A DNA stretch of 64,000 bases from the human T2T-CHM13v2.0 reference genome, Homo sapiens. The notes under the pieces are model-generated. The model was not told the DNA's origin and did no database searches. It worked only from the letters and a program-made list of their open reading frames with translations. Below, one piece after another: positions 12,901 through 27,900 of this stretch. The position numbers and the translations under genes are program-made. The DNA lies in assembly GCF_009914755.1 (NCBI RefSeq), contig NC_060931.1, one strand, 5' to 3'. How positions within the stretch are numbered: position 1 is the stretch's first letter; each line of letters starts with the position of its first letter.

Positions 12901-15900
12901 CTCTGTGAGTTGAACGCACACATCACAGAAAGTTTCTGAGAATGCTTCCATTTAGTTTTTAGGTGAAGATGTTACCTTTTCAACCACAGCCTTCAAGACG
13001 CTCCAAATGTCCACTTGCAGATTCTACAAGAAGATTGTTTCCAGGCTGCTCTATCAAAGGAATTGTTCAACTATGGGAGTAGAATACACACATCACAAAG
13101 TCGTTTCTGAGAATGCTTCTGTCTAGTTTTTACGTGAAGATACTTCCTTTTCTACCAGAGGCCTGAAAGCGCTCCAAATATCCAATTGCAGATTCTACAA
13201 GAAGAGTGTTTCAAAACTTCTCTATCAAAAGTAAGGGTCTGCTTTGTGAGTTGAATGTACACATCAAAATGAAGTTTCTGATTATACTTCTGTCTACTTC
13301 TTATGGGAAGATATTTCCTTATCCGCAATGGTCCTCAAAGCGCTCGAAATGCCCACTTGAAGATTCTTCGGAAAGACTGTTTCAAAACTGCTCTATCAAA
13401 AGAAAGTTTCAACTTTGTGTGTAGAATGCACACATCACAAAGTCGTTTCTGAGAATGCTTCTGTCTAGTTTTTATAGGAAGATATTTCCTTTTCTACCAT
13501 AAGCCTCAAAGCACGGCAAATATGAACTGGCAGATTCTTCAAAAAGAGTGTTTCAGAACTGCTCTATCAAAACTGTTCTATCCACCCTGTGAGTTGAATG
13601 GACACATCACAAAGACGTTTCTGAGAATGCTTCTGTCTAGGTTTTATGTGAAGATGTTCTCGTTTCCAAAGAATGCTTCAAAGAGTACTTAAGTATCCTC
13701 CTGCAGATTCTAAAAAAAGGAGTGGTTCAAAACTGCTCTAACAAAAGAAAGTTTCAACCTGGGAGTTGAATGCACGCATCACAAAGAAGTTTCTGAGGAT
13801 GCTTCTGTCTAGTTTTAATGCGAAGATATTCCCTTCTCCACCATAACCTTCAAAGCGCTCCAAATGTCCATTTGCAGATCTTACAAACAGAGTGTTTCCA
13901 GACTGCTCTATCAAAAGAAATTTTCAACTATGGGAGTAGAATGCACACATCACAAATGCGTTTCTGAGAATGCTTCTGTCTAGTTTTCATGTGAAGATAT
14001 TTCCTTTTCTACCGTAGGCATACATGTGCTCCAAATATCCGCTTGCAGATTCTAAAAAAAGAGTGTTTCAAAACTGCTCCATCAAAAGGAAGGTTCAATT
14101 CTGTGAGTTGAATGCACACATCACAAAGTAGTTTCTGAGAATGCTTCTGCCTAATTTTTAATTTTAAGATATTCCCATTTCCAAAGAAGGCTTCAATTTG
14201 CTCCAAATATCCACTTGCAGATTGTACAAAAAGAGGGTTTCAAAACTGCTCTATCAAAAGGAAGGTTCAACTCTGTGAGATGAATGCACACATCACAAAG
14301 TGGTTTCAGAGAATGCTTCTTTCTAGTTTTTCAGTGACGATATTCCCGTTTCCAATGTAGCATTCAAAGAGCTCCAAATATCCTCCTGCAGATTGTGCAA
14401 AAAGGGTGTTTCAAAACTGCTCTATCAAAAAGAAGCTTCAACTCTGTGAGTTGAATGCACAAATCACAAAGAAGTCTCTGAGAATACTTCTGTCTATTTT
14501 TAGGTGACGATACTCCCGTTTCCAAAGAAGGCTTCAAAGCACTCCAAATATCCACCTGCAGATTATAAAGGAAGAGTTTTTCAAAACTGCTCAATCCAAA
14601 GGAAGGTTCAGCTCTGTGAGTTCAATGCCCACATCACAAAGAAGTTTCTGAGAATGCTTCTGTCTAGTTTCAAGGGGAAGATATTCCCGTTTCCAACGAA
14701 GGCTTCAAAGCGCTCCAAATATCCACTTGCAGAGTCTACAAAAAGACTGTTTCACAACTGCTCTATAAAAGTAAGGTTGTACTTTGTTACTTGAATGCAC
14801 CCATCAAAATGATGTTTCTGAGAACACTTCTGTCTACTTTTCATGTGAAGATATTTCCTTATCCACAATAGTCCCCAAAGCCCTCAAAATGCCCACTCGA
14901 AGATTCCTCAAAAAGACGGTTTCAAAACTGCAGTATCAGAAGGAAATTTCAACTATGTGAGTAGAATGCACACATCACAAAGTAGTTTCTGAGAATGCTT
15001 CTGTCTAGTTTTTATATGAAGATATTTCCTTTTCTACCTTAAGCCTCAAAGTGCTGCAATTATGCACTTTCAGATTCTTCAAAAAGAGGGTTTCAAAACT
15101 GCTCTAGCAAAAGGAAGTTTCAACGCTGTGAGTTGAATGCACACATCACAAAGAAGTTTCTGAGAATGCTTCTGTCTAATTTTTATGTGAAGATAATCCT
15201 GTTTCCCAAGAAGGCTTCAAAGCACCCTAATATCCTCCTCCAGATTCTACAGAAAGAGTGTTTCAAAACTGCTCTATCAGAAGGAAGGTTCAACTCTGTG
15301 AGTTGAATGCAGACATCATAAAGGAGTTTCTGAGAATGCTTCCGTCTTGTTTTAATGTGAAGATATTTCCTTTTCAACCGATAGCCTAAAAGAGCTTCAA
15401 ATGTCCAACTGCAGATTTTTTAAAAAGAATGTTTCAAAACTGCACTATCAAAAGAAAGGTTCAGCTCCGTGAGTTGAATGCACACATCTCAAAGAAGTTT
15501 CTGAGAATGCTTCTGTCTAGTTTTTATGTGAAGATATTCGCGATTCCAATGAAGTCTTCAAAACGCTCCAAATATCTAAATGCGGATCCTACAAAAAGAG
15601 TGATTCAAAACTGGTCTATGAAAAGGAAGGTTCAGCTCTGTGAGTTGAACGCACACATCACAGAAAGTTTCTGAGAATGCTTCCATTTAGTTTTTAGGTG
15701 AAGATGTTACCTTTTCAACCACAGCCTTCAAGACGCTCCAAATGTCCACTTGCAGATTCTACAAGAAGATTGTTTCCTGGCTGCTCTATCAAAAGAAATG
15801 TTCAACTATGCGAGTAGAATACACACATCACAAAGTCGTTTCTGAGAATGCTTCTGTCTAGTTTTTACGTGAAGATACTTCCTTTTCTACCAGAGGCCTG

Positions 15901-18900
15901 AAAGCGCTCCAAATATGCAATTGCAGATTCTACAAGAAGAGTGTTTCAAAACTTCTCTATCAAAAGTAAGGGTCTGCTTTGTGAGTTGAATGTACACATC
16001 AAAATGAAGTTTCTGATTATACTTCTGTCTACTTCTTATGGGAAGATATTTCCTTATCCGCAATGGTCCTCAAAGCGCTCGAAATGCCCACTTGAAGATT
16101 CTTGGGAAAGAGTGTTTCAAAACTGCTCTATCAAAAGAAAGTTTCAACTTTGTGTGTACAATGCACACATCACAAAGTCGTTCCTGAGAATGCTTCTGTC
16201 TAGTTTTTATAGGAAGATATTTCCTTTTCTACCATAAGCCTCAAAGCACGGCAAATATGAACTGGCAGATTCTTCAAAAAGAGTGTTTCAGAAATGCTCT
16301 ATCAAAACTGTTCTATCAACCCTGTGAGTTGAATGGACACATCACAAAGACGTTTCTGAGAATGCTTCTGTCTAGGTTTTATGTGAAGATGTTCTCGTTT
16401 CCAAAGAATGCTTCAAAGAGTACTTAAGTATCCGCCTGCAGATTCTAAAAAAAGGAGTGTTTCAAAACTGCTCTAACAAAGGAAAGGTTCAACCTGGGAG
16501 TTGAATGCACACATCACAAAGAAGTTTCTGAGGATGCTTCTGTCTAGTTTTAATGCGAAGATATTCCCTTCTCCACCATAACCTTCAAAGCGCTCCAAAT
16601 GTCCATTTGCAGATTTTACAAACAGAGTGTTTCCAGACTGCTCTATCAAAAGAAATTTTCAACTATGGGAGTAGAATGCACACATCACAAATGCGTTTCT
16701 GAGAATGCTTCTGTCTAGTTTTTATGTGAAGATATTTCCTTTTCTACCGTAGGCATACATGTGCTCCAAATATCCGCTTGCAGATTCTAAAAAAAGAGTG
16801 TTTCAAAACTGCTCCATCAAAAGGAAGGTTCAATTCTGTGAGTTGAATGCACACATCAAAAGTAGTTTCTGAGAATGCTTCTGCCTAATTTTTAATTTTA
16901 AGATATTCCCATTTCCAAAGAAGGCTTCAATTTGCTCCAAATATCCACTTGCAGATTGTACAAAAAGAGGGTTTCAAAACTGCTCTATCAAAAGGAAGGT
17001 TCAACTCTGTGAGATGAATGCACACATCACAAAGTGGTTTCAGAGAATGCTTCTTTCTAGTTTTTCGGTGACGATATTCCCGTTTCCAATGTAGCATTCA
17101 AAGAGCTCCAAATATCCTCCTGCAGATTGTGCAAAAAGGGTGTTTCAAAACTGCTCTATCAAAAAGAAGCTTCAACTCTGTGAGTTGAATGCACATATCA
17201 CAAAGAAGTCTCTGAGAATACTTCTGTCTATTTTTAGGTGACGATACTCCTGTTTCCAAAGAAGGCTTCAAAGCACTCCAAATATCCACCTGCAGATTAT
17301 AAAGGAAGAGTTATTCAAAACTGCTCAATCCAAAGGAAGGTTCAGCTCCGTGAGTTCAATGCCCACATCACAAAGAAGTTTCTGAGAATGCTTCTGTCTA
17401 GTTTCAATGGGAAGATATTCCCGTTTCCAACGAAGGCTTCAAAGCGCTCCAAATATCCACTTGCAGAGTCTACAAAAAGACTGTTTCACAACTGCACTAT
17501 AAAAGTAAGGTTGTACTTTGTTACTTGAATGCACCCATCAAAATGAAGTTTCTGAGAACACTTCTGTCTACTTTTCATGTGAAGATATTTCCTTATCCAC
17601 AATAGTCCCCAAAGCCCTCAAAATGCCCACTCGAAGATTCCTCAAAAAGACGGTTTCAAAACTGCAGTATCAGAAGGAAATTTCAACTATGTGAGTAGAA
17701 TGCACACATCACAAAGTAGTTTCTGAGAATGCCTCTGTCTAGTTTTTATATGAAGATATTTCCTTTTCTACCTTAAGCCTCAAAGTGCTGCAATTATGCA
17801 CTTTCAGATTCTTCAAAAAGAGGGTTTCAAAACTGCTCTAGCAAAAGGAAGTTTCAATGCTGTGAGTTGAATGCACACATCACAAAGAAGTTTCTGAGAA
17901 TGCTTCTGTCTAATTTTTATGTGAAGATAATCCTGTTTCCCAAGAAGGCTTCAAAGCACCCTAATATCCTCCTCCAGATTCTACAGAAAGAGTGTTTCAA
18001 AACTGCTCTATCAAAAGGAAGGTTCAACTCTGTGAGTTGAATGCAGACATCATAAAGGAGTTTCTGAGAATGCTTCCGTCTTGTTTTAATGTGAAGATAT
18101 TTCCTTTTCAACCGATAGCCTAAAAGAGCTTCAAATGTCCAACTGCAGATTTTTTAAAAAGAATGTTTCAAAACTGCACTATCAAAAGAAAGGTTCAGCT
18201 CCGTGAGTTGAATGCACACATCTCAAAGAAGTTTCTGAGAATGCTTCTGTCTAGTTTTTATGTGAAGATATTCGCGATTCCAATGAAGTCTTCAAAGCGC
18301 TCCAAATATCTAAATGCGGATCCTACAAAAAGAGTGATTCAAAACTGGTCTATGAAAAGGAAGGTTCAGCTCTGTGAGTTGAACGCACACATCACAGAAA
18401 GTTTCTGAGAATGCTTCCATTTAGTTTTTAGGTGAAGATGTTACCTTTTCAACCACAGCCTTCAAGACGCTCCAAATGTCCACTTGCAGATTCTACAAGA
18501 AGATTGTTTCCAGGCTGCTCTATCAAAAGAAATGTTCAACTATGCGAGTAGAATACACACATCACAAAGTCGTTTCTGAGAATGCTTCTGTCTAGTTTTT
18601 ACGTGAAGATACTTCCTTTTCTACCAGAGGCCTGAAAGCGCTCCAAATATGCAATTGCAGATTCTACAAGAAGAGTGTTTCAAAACTTCTCTATCAAAAG
18701 TAAGGGTCTGCTTTGTGAGTTGAATGTACACATCAAAATGAAGTTTCTGATTATACTTCTGTCTACTTCTTATGGGAAGATATTTCCTTATCCGCAATGG
18801 TCCTCAAAGCGCTCGAAATGCCCACTTGAAGATTCTTGGGAAAGACTGTTTCAAAACTGCTCTATCAAAAGAAAGTTTCAACTTTGTGTGTAGAATGCAC

Positions 18901-21900
18901 ACATCACAAAGTCGTTTCTGAGAATGCTTCTGTGTAGTTTTTATAGGAAGATATTTCCTTTTCTACCATAAGCCTCAAAGCACGGCAAATATGAACTGGC
19001 AGATTCTTCAAAAAGAGTGTTTCAGAAATGCTCTATCAAAACTGTTCTATCAACCCTGTGAGTTGAATGGACACATCACAAAGACGTTTCTGAGAATGCT
19101 TCTGTCTAGGTTTTATGTGAAGATGTTCTCGTTTCCAAAGAATGCTTCAAAGAGTACTTAAGTATCCGCCTGCAGATTCTAAAAAAAGGAGTGTTTCAAA
19201 ACTGCTCTAACAAAGGAAAGGTTCAACCTGGGAGTTGAATGCACACATCACAAAGAAGTTTCTGAGGATGCTTCTGTCTAGTTTTAATGCGAAGATATTC
19301 CCTTCTCCACCATAACCTTCAAAGCGCTCCAAATGTCCATTTGCAGATTTTACAAACAGAGTGTTTCCAGACTGCTCTATCAAAAGAAATTTTCAACTAT
19401 GGGAGTAGAATGCACACATCACAAATGCGTTTCTGAGAATGCTTCTGTCTAGTTTTTATGTGAAGATATTTCCTTTTCTACCGTAGGCATACATGTGCTC
19501 CAAATATCCGCTTGCAGATTCTAAAAAAAGAGTGTTTCAAAACTGCTCCATCAAAAGGAAGGTTCAATTCTGTGAGTTGAATGCACACATCAAAAGTAGT
19601 TTCTGACAATGCTTCTGTCTAATTTTTAATTTTAAGATATTCCCATTTCCAAAGAAGGCTTCAATTTGCTCCAAATATCCACTTGCAGATTGTACAAAAA
19701 GAGGGTTTCAAAACTGCTCTATCAAAAGGAAGGTTCAACTCTGTGAGATGAATGCACACATCACAAAGTGGTTTCAGAGAATGCTTCTTTCTAGTTTTTC
19801 AGTGACGATATTCCCGTTTCCAATGTAGCATTCAAAGAGCTCCAAATATCCTCCTGCAGATTGTGCAAAAAGGGTGTTTCAAAACTGCTCTATCAAAAAG
19901 AAGCTTCAACTCTGTGAGTTGAATGCACAAATCACAAAGAAGTCTCTGAGAATACTTCTGTCTATTTTTAGGTGACGATACTCCTGTTTCCAAAGAAGGC
20001 TTCAAAGCACTCCAAATATCCACCTGCAGATTATAAAGGAAGAGTTTTTCAAAACTGCTCAATCCAAAGGAAGGTTCAGCTCCGTGAGTTCAATGCCCAC
20101 ATCACAAAGAAGTTTCTGAGAATGCTTCTGTCTAGTTTCAATGGGAAGATATTCCCGTTTCCAACGAAGGCTTCAAAGCGCTCCAAATATCCACTTGCAG
20201 AGTCTACAAAAAGACTGTTTCACAACTGCTCTATAAAAGTAAGGTTGTACTTTGTTAGTTGAATGCACCCATCAAAATGAAGTTTCTGAGAACACTTCTA
20301 TCTACTTTTCATGTGAAGATATTTCCTTATCCACAATAGTCCCCAAAGCCCTCAAAATGCCCACTCGAAGATTCCTCAAAAAGACGGTTTCAAAACTGCA
20401 GTATCAGAAGGAAATTTCAACTATGTGAGTAGAATGCACACATCACAAAGTAGTTTCTGAGAATGCTTCTGTCTAGTTTTTATATGAAGATATTTGCTTT
20501 TCTACCTTAAGCCTCAAAGTGCTGCAATTATGCACTTTCAGATTCTTCAAAAAGAGGGTTTCAAAACTGCTCTAGCAAAAGGAAGTTTCAACGCTGTGAG
20601 TTGAATACACACATCACAAAGAAGTTTCTGAGAATGCTTCTGTCTAATTTTTATGTGAAGATAATCCTGTTTCCCAAGAAGGCTTCAAAGCACCCTAATA
20701 TCTTCCTTCAGATTCTACAGAAAGAGTGTTTCAAAACTGCTCTATCAAAAGGAAGGTTCAACTCTGTGAGTTGAATGCAGACATCATAAAGGAGTTTCTG
20801 AGAATGCTTCCGTCTTGTTTTAATGTGAAGATATTTCCTTTTCAACCGATAGCCTAAAAGAGCTCCAAATGTCCAACTGCAGATTTTTTAAAAAGAATGT
20901 TTCAAAACTGCACTATCAAAAGAAAGTTTCAGCTCCGTGAGTTGAATGCACACATCTCAAAGAAGTTTCTGAGAATGCTTCTGTCTAGTTTTTATGTGAA
21001 GATATTCGCGATTCCAATGAAGTCTTCAAAGCGCTCCAAATATCTAAATGCGGATCCTACAAAAAGAGTGATTCAAAACTGGTCTATGAAAAGGAAGGTT
21101 CAGCTCTGTGAGTTGAACGCACACATCACAGAAAGTTTCTGAGAATGCTTCCATTTAGTTTTTAGGTGAAGATGTTACCTTTTCAACCACAGCCTTCAAG
21201 ACGCTCCAAATGTCCACTTGCAGATTCTACAAGAAGATTGTTTCCAGGCTGCTCTATCAAAAGAAATGTTCAACTATGCGAGTAGAATACACACATCACA
21301 AAGTCGTTTCTGAGAATGCTTCTGTCTAGTTTTTACGTGAAGATACTTCCTTTTCTACCAGAGGCCTGAAAGCACTCCAAATATCCAATTGCAGATTCTA
21401 CAAGAAGAGTGTTTCAAAACTTCTCTATCAAAAGTAAGGGTCTGCTTTGTGAGTTGAATGTACACATCAAAATGAAGTTTCTGATTATACTTCTGTCTAC
21501 TTCTTATGGGAAGATATTTCCTTATCCGCAATGGTCCTCAAAGCGCTCGAAATGCCCACTTGAAGATTCTTGGGAAAGACTGTTACAAAACTGCTCTATC
21601 AAAAGAAAGTTTCAACTTTGTGTGTAGAATGCACACATCACAAAGTCGTTTCTGAGAATGCTTCTGTCTAGTTTTTATAGGAAGATATTTCCTTTTCTAC
21701 CATAAGCCTCAAAGCACGGCAAATATGAACTGGCAGATTCTTCAAAAAGAGTGTTTCAGAAATGCTCTATCAAAACTGTTCTATCAACCCTGTGAGTTGA
21801 ATGGACACATCACAAAGACGTTTCTGAGAATGCTTCTGTCTAGGTTTTATGTGAAGATGTTCTCGTTTCCAAAGAATGCTTCAAAGAGTACTTAAGTATC

Positions 21901-24900
21901 CGCCTGCAGATTCTAAAAAAAGGAGTGTTTCAAAACTGCTCTAACAAAGGAAAGGTTCAACCTGGGAGTTGAATGCACACATCACAAAGAAGTTTCTGAG
22001 GATGCTTCTGTCTAGTTTTAATGCGAAGATATTCCCTTATCCACCATAACCTTCAAAGCGCTCCAAATGTCCATTTGCAGATTTTACAAACAGAGTGTTT
22101 CCAGACTGCTCTATCAAAAGAAATTTTCAACTATGGGAGTAGAATGCACACATCACAAATGCGTTTCTGAGAATGCTTCTGTCTAGTTTTTATGTGAAGA
22201 TATTTCCTTTTCTACCGTAGGCATACATGTGCTCCAAATATCCGCTTGCAGATTCTAAAAAAAGAGTGTTTCAAAACTGCTCCATCAAAAGGAAGGTTCA
22301 ATTCTGTGAGTTGAATGCACACATCAAAAGTAGTTTCTGAGAATGCTTCTGCCTAATTTTTAATTTTAAGATATTCCCATTTCCAAAGAAGGCTTCAATT
22401 TGCTCCAAATATCCACTTGCAGATTGTACAAAAAGAGGGTTTCAAAACTGCTCTATCAAAAGGAAGGTTCAACTCTGTGAGATGAATGCACACATCACAA
22501 AGTGGTTTCAGAGAATGCTTCTTTCTAGTTTTTCGGTGACGATATTCCCGTTTCCAATGTAGCATTCAAAGAGCTCCAAATATCCTCCTGCAGATTGTGC
22601 AAAAAGGGTGTTTCAAAACTGCTCTATCAAAAAGAAGCTTCAACTCTGTGAGTTGAATGCACATATCACAAAGAAGTCTCTGAGAATACTTCTGTCTATT
22701 TTTAGGTGACGATACTCCCGTTTCCAAAGAAGGCTTCAAAGCACTCCAAATATCCACCTGCAGATTATAAAGGAAGAGTTATTCAAAACTGCTCAATCCA
22801 AAGGAAGGTTCAGCTCCGTGAGTTCAATGCCCCCATCACAAAGAAGTTTCTGAGAATGCTTCTGTCTAGTTTCAATGGGAAGATATTCCCGTTTCCAACG
22901 AAGGCTTCAAAGCGCTCCAAATATCCACTTGCAGAGTCTACAAAAAGACTGTTTCACAACTGCTCTATAAAAGTAAGGTTGTACTTTGTTACTTGAATGC
23001 ACCCATCAAAATGAAGTTTCTGAGAACACTTCTGTCTACTTTTCATGTGAAGATATTTCCTTATCCACAATAGTCCCCAAAGCCCTCAAAATGCCCACTC
23101 GAAGATTCCTCAAAAAGACGGTTTCAAAACTGCAGTATCAGAAGGAAATTTCAACTATGTGAGTAGAATGCACACATCACAAAGTAGTTTCTGAGAATGC
23201 TTCTGTCTAGTTTTTATATGAAGATATTTCCTTTTCTACCTTAAGCCTCAAAGTGCTGCAATTATGCACTTTCAGATTCTTCAAAAAGAGGGTTTCAAAA
23301 CTGCTCTAGCAAAAGGAAGTTTCAACGCTGTGAGTTGAATGCACACATCACAAAGAAGTTTCTGAGAATGCTTCTGTCTAATTTTTATGTGAAGATAATC
23401 CTGTTTCCCAAGAAGGCTTCAAAGCACCCTAATATCCTCCTCCAGATTCTACAGAAAGAGTGTTTCAAAACTGCTCTATCAAAAGGAAGGTTCAACTCTG
23501 TGAGTTGAATGCAGACATCATAAAGGAGTTTCTGAGAATGCTTCCGTCTTGTTTTAATGTGAAGATATTTCCTTTTCAACCGATAGCCTTAAAGAGCTCC
23601 AAATGTCCAACTGCAGATTTTTTAAAAAGAATGTTTCAAAACTGCACTATCAAAAGAAAGGTTCAGCTCCGTGAGTTGAATGCACACATCTCAAAGAAGT
23701 TTCTGAGAATGCTTCTGTCTAGTTTTTATGTGAAGATATTCGCGATTCCAATGAAGTCTTCAAAGCGCTCCAAATATCTAAATGCGGATCCTACAAAAAG
23801 AGTGATTCAAAACTGGTCTATGAAAAGGAAGGTTCAGCTCTGTGAGTTGAACGCACACATCACAGAAAGTTTCTGAGAATGCTTCCATTTAGTTTTTAGG
23901 TGAAGATGTTACCTTTTCAACCACAGCCTTCAAGACGCTCCAAATGTCCACTTGCAGATTCTACAAGAAGATTGTTTCCAGGCTGCTCTATCAAAAGAAA
24001 TGTTCAACTATGGGAGTAGAATACACACATCACAAAGTCGTTTCTGAGAATGCTTCTGTCTAGTTTTTAGGTGAAGATACTTCCTTTTCTACCAGAGGCC
24101 TGAAAGCGCTCCAAATATGCAATTGCAGATTCTACAAGAAGAGTGTTTCAAAACTTCTCTATCAAAAGTAAGGGTCTGCTTTGTGAGTTGAATGGACACA
24201 TCAAAATGAAGTTTCTGATTATACTTCTGTCTACTTCTTATGGGAAGATATTTCCTTATCCGCAATAGTCCTCAAAGCGCTCGAAATGCCCACTTGAAGA
24301 TTCTTGGGAAAGACTGTTTCAAACTGCTCTATCAAAAGAAAGTTTCAACTTTGTGTGTAGAATGCACACATCACAAAGTCGTTTCTGAGAATGCTTCTGT
24401 CTAGTTTTTATAGGAAGATATTTCCTTTTCTACCATAAGCCTCAAAGCACGGCAAATATGAACTGGCAGATTCTTCAAAAAGAGTGTTTCAGAAATGCTC
24501 TATCAAAACTGTTCTATCAACCCTGTGAGTTGAATGGACACATCACAAAGACGTTTCTGAGAATGCTTCTGTCTAGGTTTTATGTGAAGATGTTCTCGTT
24601 TCCAAAGAATGCTTCAAAGAGTACTTAAGTATCCGCCTGCAGATTCTAAAAAAAGGAGTGTTTCAAAACTGCTCTAACAAAAGAAAGGTTCAACCTGGGA
24701 GTTGAATGCACACATCACAAAGAAGTTTCTGAGGATGCTTCTGTCTAGTTTTAATGCGAAGATATTCCCTTCTCCACCATAACCTTCAAAGCGCTCCAAA
24801 TGTCCATTTGCAGATTTTACAAACAGAGTGTTTCCAGACTGCTCTATCAAAAGAAATTTTCAACTATGGGAGTAGAATGCACACATCACAAATGCGTTTC

Positions 24901-27900
24901 TGAGAATGCTTCTGTCTAGTTTTTATGTGAAGATATTTCCTTTTCTACCGTAGGCATACATGTGCTCCAAATATCCGCTTGCAGATTCTAAAAAAAGAGT
25001 GTTTCAAAACTGCTCCATCAAAAGGAAGGTTCAATTCTGTGAGTTGAATGCACACATCAAAAGTAGTTTCTGAGAATGCTTCTGCCTAATTTTTAATTTT
25101 AAGATATTCCCATTTCCAAAGAAGGCTTCAATTTGCTCCAAATATCCACTTGCAGATTGTACAAAAAGAGGGTTTCAAAACTGCTCTATCAAAAGGAAGG
25201 TTCAACTCTGTGAGATGAATGCACACATCACAAAGTGGTTTCAGAGAATGCTTCTTTCTAGTTTTTAGGTGACGATATTCCCGTTTCCAATGTAGCATTC
25301 AAAGAGCTCCAAATATCCTCCTGCAGATTGTGCAAAAAGGGTGTTTCAAAACTGCTCTATCAAAAAGAAGCTTCAACTCTGTGAGTTGAATGCACAAATC
25401 ACAAAGAAGTCTCTGAGAATACTTCTGTCTATTTTTAGGTGACGATACTCCCGTTTCCAAAGAAGGCTTCAAAGCACTCCAAATATCCACCTGCAGATTA
25501 TAAAGGAAGAGTTTTTCAAAACTGCTCAATCCAAAGGAAGGTTCAGCTCCGTGAGTTCAATGCCCACATCACAAAGAAGTTTCTGAGAATGCTTCTGTCT
25601 AGTTTCAATGGGAAGATATTCCCGTTTCCAACGAAGGCTTCAAAGCGCTCCAAATATCCACTTGCAGAGTCTACAAAAAGACTGTTTCACAACTGCTCTA
25701 TAAAAGTAAGGTTGTACTTTGTTAGTTGAATGCACCCATCAAAATGAAGTTTCTGAGAACACTTCTGTCTACTTTTCATGTGAAGATATTTCCTTATCCA
25801 CAATAGTCCCCAAAGCCCTCAAAATGCCCACCCGAAGATTCCTCAAAAAGACGGTTTCAAAACTGCAGTGTCAGAAGGAAATTTCAACTATGTGAGTAGA
25901 ATGCACACATCACAAAGTAGTTTCTGAGAATGCTTCTGTCTAGTTTTTATATGAAGATATTTCCTTTTCTACCTTAAGCCTCAAAGTGCTGCAATTATGC
26001 ACTTTCAGATTCTTCAAAAAGAGGGTTTCAAAACTGCTCTAGCAAAAGGAAGTTTCAACGCTGTGAGTTGAATACACACATCACAAAGAAGTTTCTGAGA
26101 ATGCTTCTGTCTAATTTTTATGTGAAGATAATCCTGTTTCCCAAGAAGGCTTCAAAGCACCCTAATATCCTCCTCTAGATTCTACAGAAAGAGTGTTTCA
26201 AAACTGCTCTATCAAAAGGAAGGTTCAACTCTGTGAGTTGAATGCAGACATCATAAAGGAGTTTCTGAGAATGCTTCCGTCTTGTTTTAATGTGAAGATA
26301 TTTCCTTTTCAACCGATAGCCTAAAAGAGCTCCAAATGTCCAACTGCAGATTTTTTAAAAAGAATGTTTCAAAACTGCACTATCAAAAGAAAGGTTCAGC
26401 TCCGTGAGTTGAATGCACACATCTCAAAGAAGTTTCCGAGAATGCTTCTGTCTAGTTTTTATGTGAAGATATTCGCGATTCCAATGAAGTCTTCAAAGCG
26501 CTCCAAATATCTAAATGCGGATCCTACAAAAAGAGTGATTCAAAACTGGTCTATGAAAAGGAAGGTTCAGCTCTGTGAGTTGAACGCACACATCACAGAA
26601 AGTTTCTGAGAATGCTTCCATTTAGTTTTTAGGTGAAGATGTTACCTTTTCAACCACAGCCTTCAAGACGCTCCAAATGTCCACTTGCAGATTCTACAAG
26701 AAGATTGTTTCCAGGCTGCTCTATCAAAAGAAATGTTCAACTATGGGAGTAGAATACACACATCACAAAGTCGTTTCTGAGAATGCTTCTGTCTAGTTTT
26801 TACGTGAAGATACTTCCTTTTCTACCAGAGGCCTGAAAGCGCTCCAAATATCCAATTGCAGATTCTACAAGAAGAGTGTTTCAAAACTTCTCTATCAAAA
26901 GTAAGGGTCTGCTTTGTGAGTTGAATGTACACATCAAAATGAAGTTTCTGATTATACTTCTGTCTACTTCTTATGGGAAGATATTTCCTTATCCGCAATG
27001 GTCCTCAAAGCGCTCGAACTGCCCACTTGAAGATTCTTGGGAAAGACTGTTTCAAAACTGCTCTATCAAAAGAAAGTTTCAACTTTGTGTGTACAATGCA
27101 CACATCAAAAAGTCGTTTCTGAGAATGCTTCTGTCTAGTTTTTATAGGAAGATATTTCCTTTTCTACCGTAAGCCTCAAAGCACGGCAAATATGAACTGG
27201 CAGATTCTTCAAAAAGAGTGTTTCAGAAATGCTCTATCAAAACTGTTCTATCAACCCTGTGAGTTGAATGGACACATCACAAAGACGTTTCTGAGAATGC
27301 TTCTGTCTAGGTTTTATGTGAAGATGTTCTCGTTTCCAAAGAATGCTTCAAAGAGTACTTAAGTATCCGCCTGCAGATTCTAAAAAAAGGAGTGTTTCAA
27401 AACTGCTCTAACAAAGGAAAGGTTCAACCTGGGAGTTGAATGCACACATCACAAAGAAGTTTCTGAGGATGCTTCTGTCTAGTTTTAATGCGAAGATATT
27501 CCCTTCTCCACCATAACCTTCAAAGCGCTCCAAATGTCCATTTGCAGATTTTACAAACAGAGTGTTTCCAGACTGCTCTATCAAAAGAAATTTTCAACTA
27601 TGGGAGTAGAATGCACACATCACAAATGCGTTTCTGAGAATGCTTCTGTCTAGTTTTTATGTGAAGATATTTCCTTTTCTACCGTAGGCATACATGTGCT
27701 CCAAATATCCGCTTGCAGATTCTAAAAAAAGAGTGTTTCAAAACTGCTCCATCAAAAGGAAGGTTCAATTCTGTGAGTTGAATGCACACATCAAAAGTAG
27801 TTTCTGAGAATGCTTCTGCCTAATTTTTAATTTTAAGATATTCCCATTTCCAAAGAAGGCTTCAATTTGCTCCAAATATCCACTTGCAGATTGTACAAAA

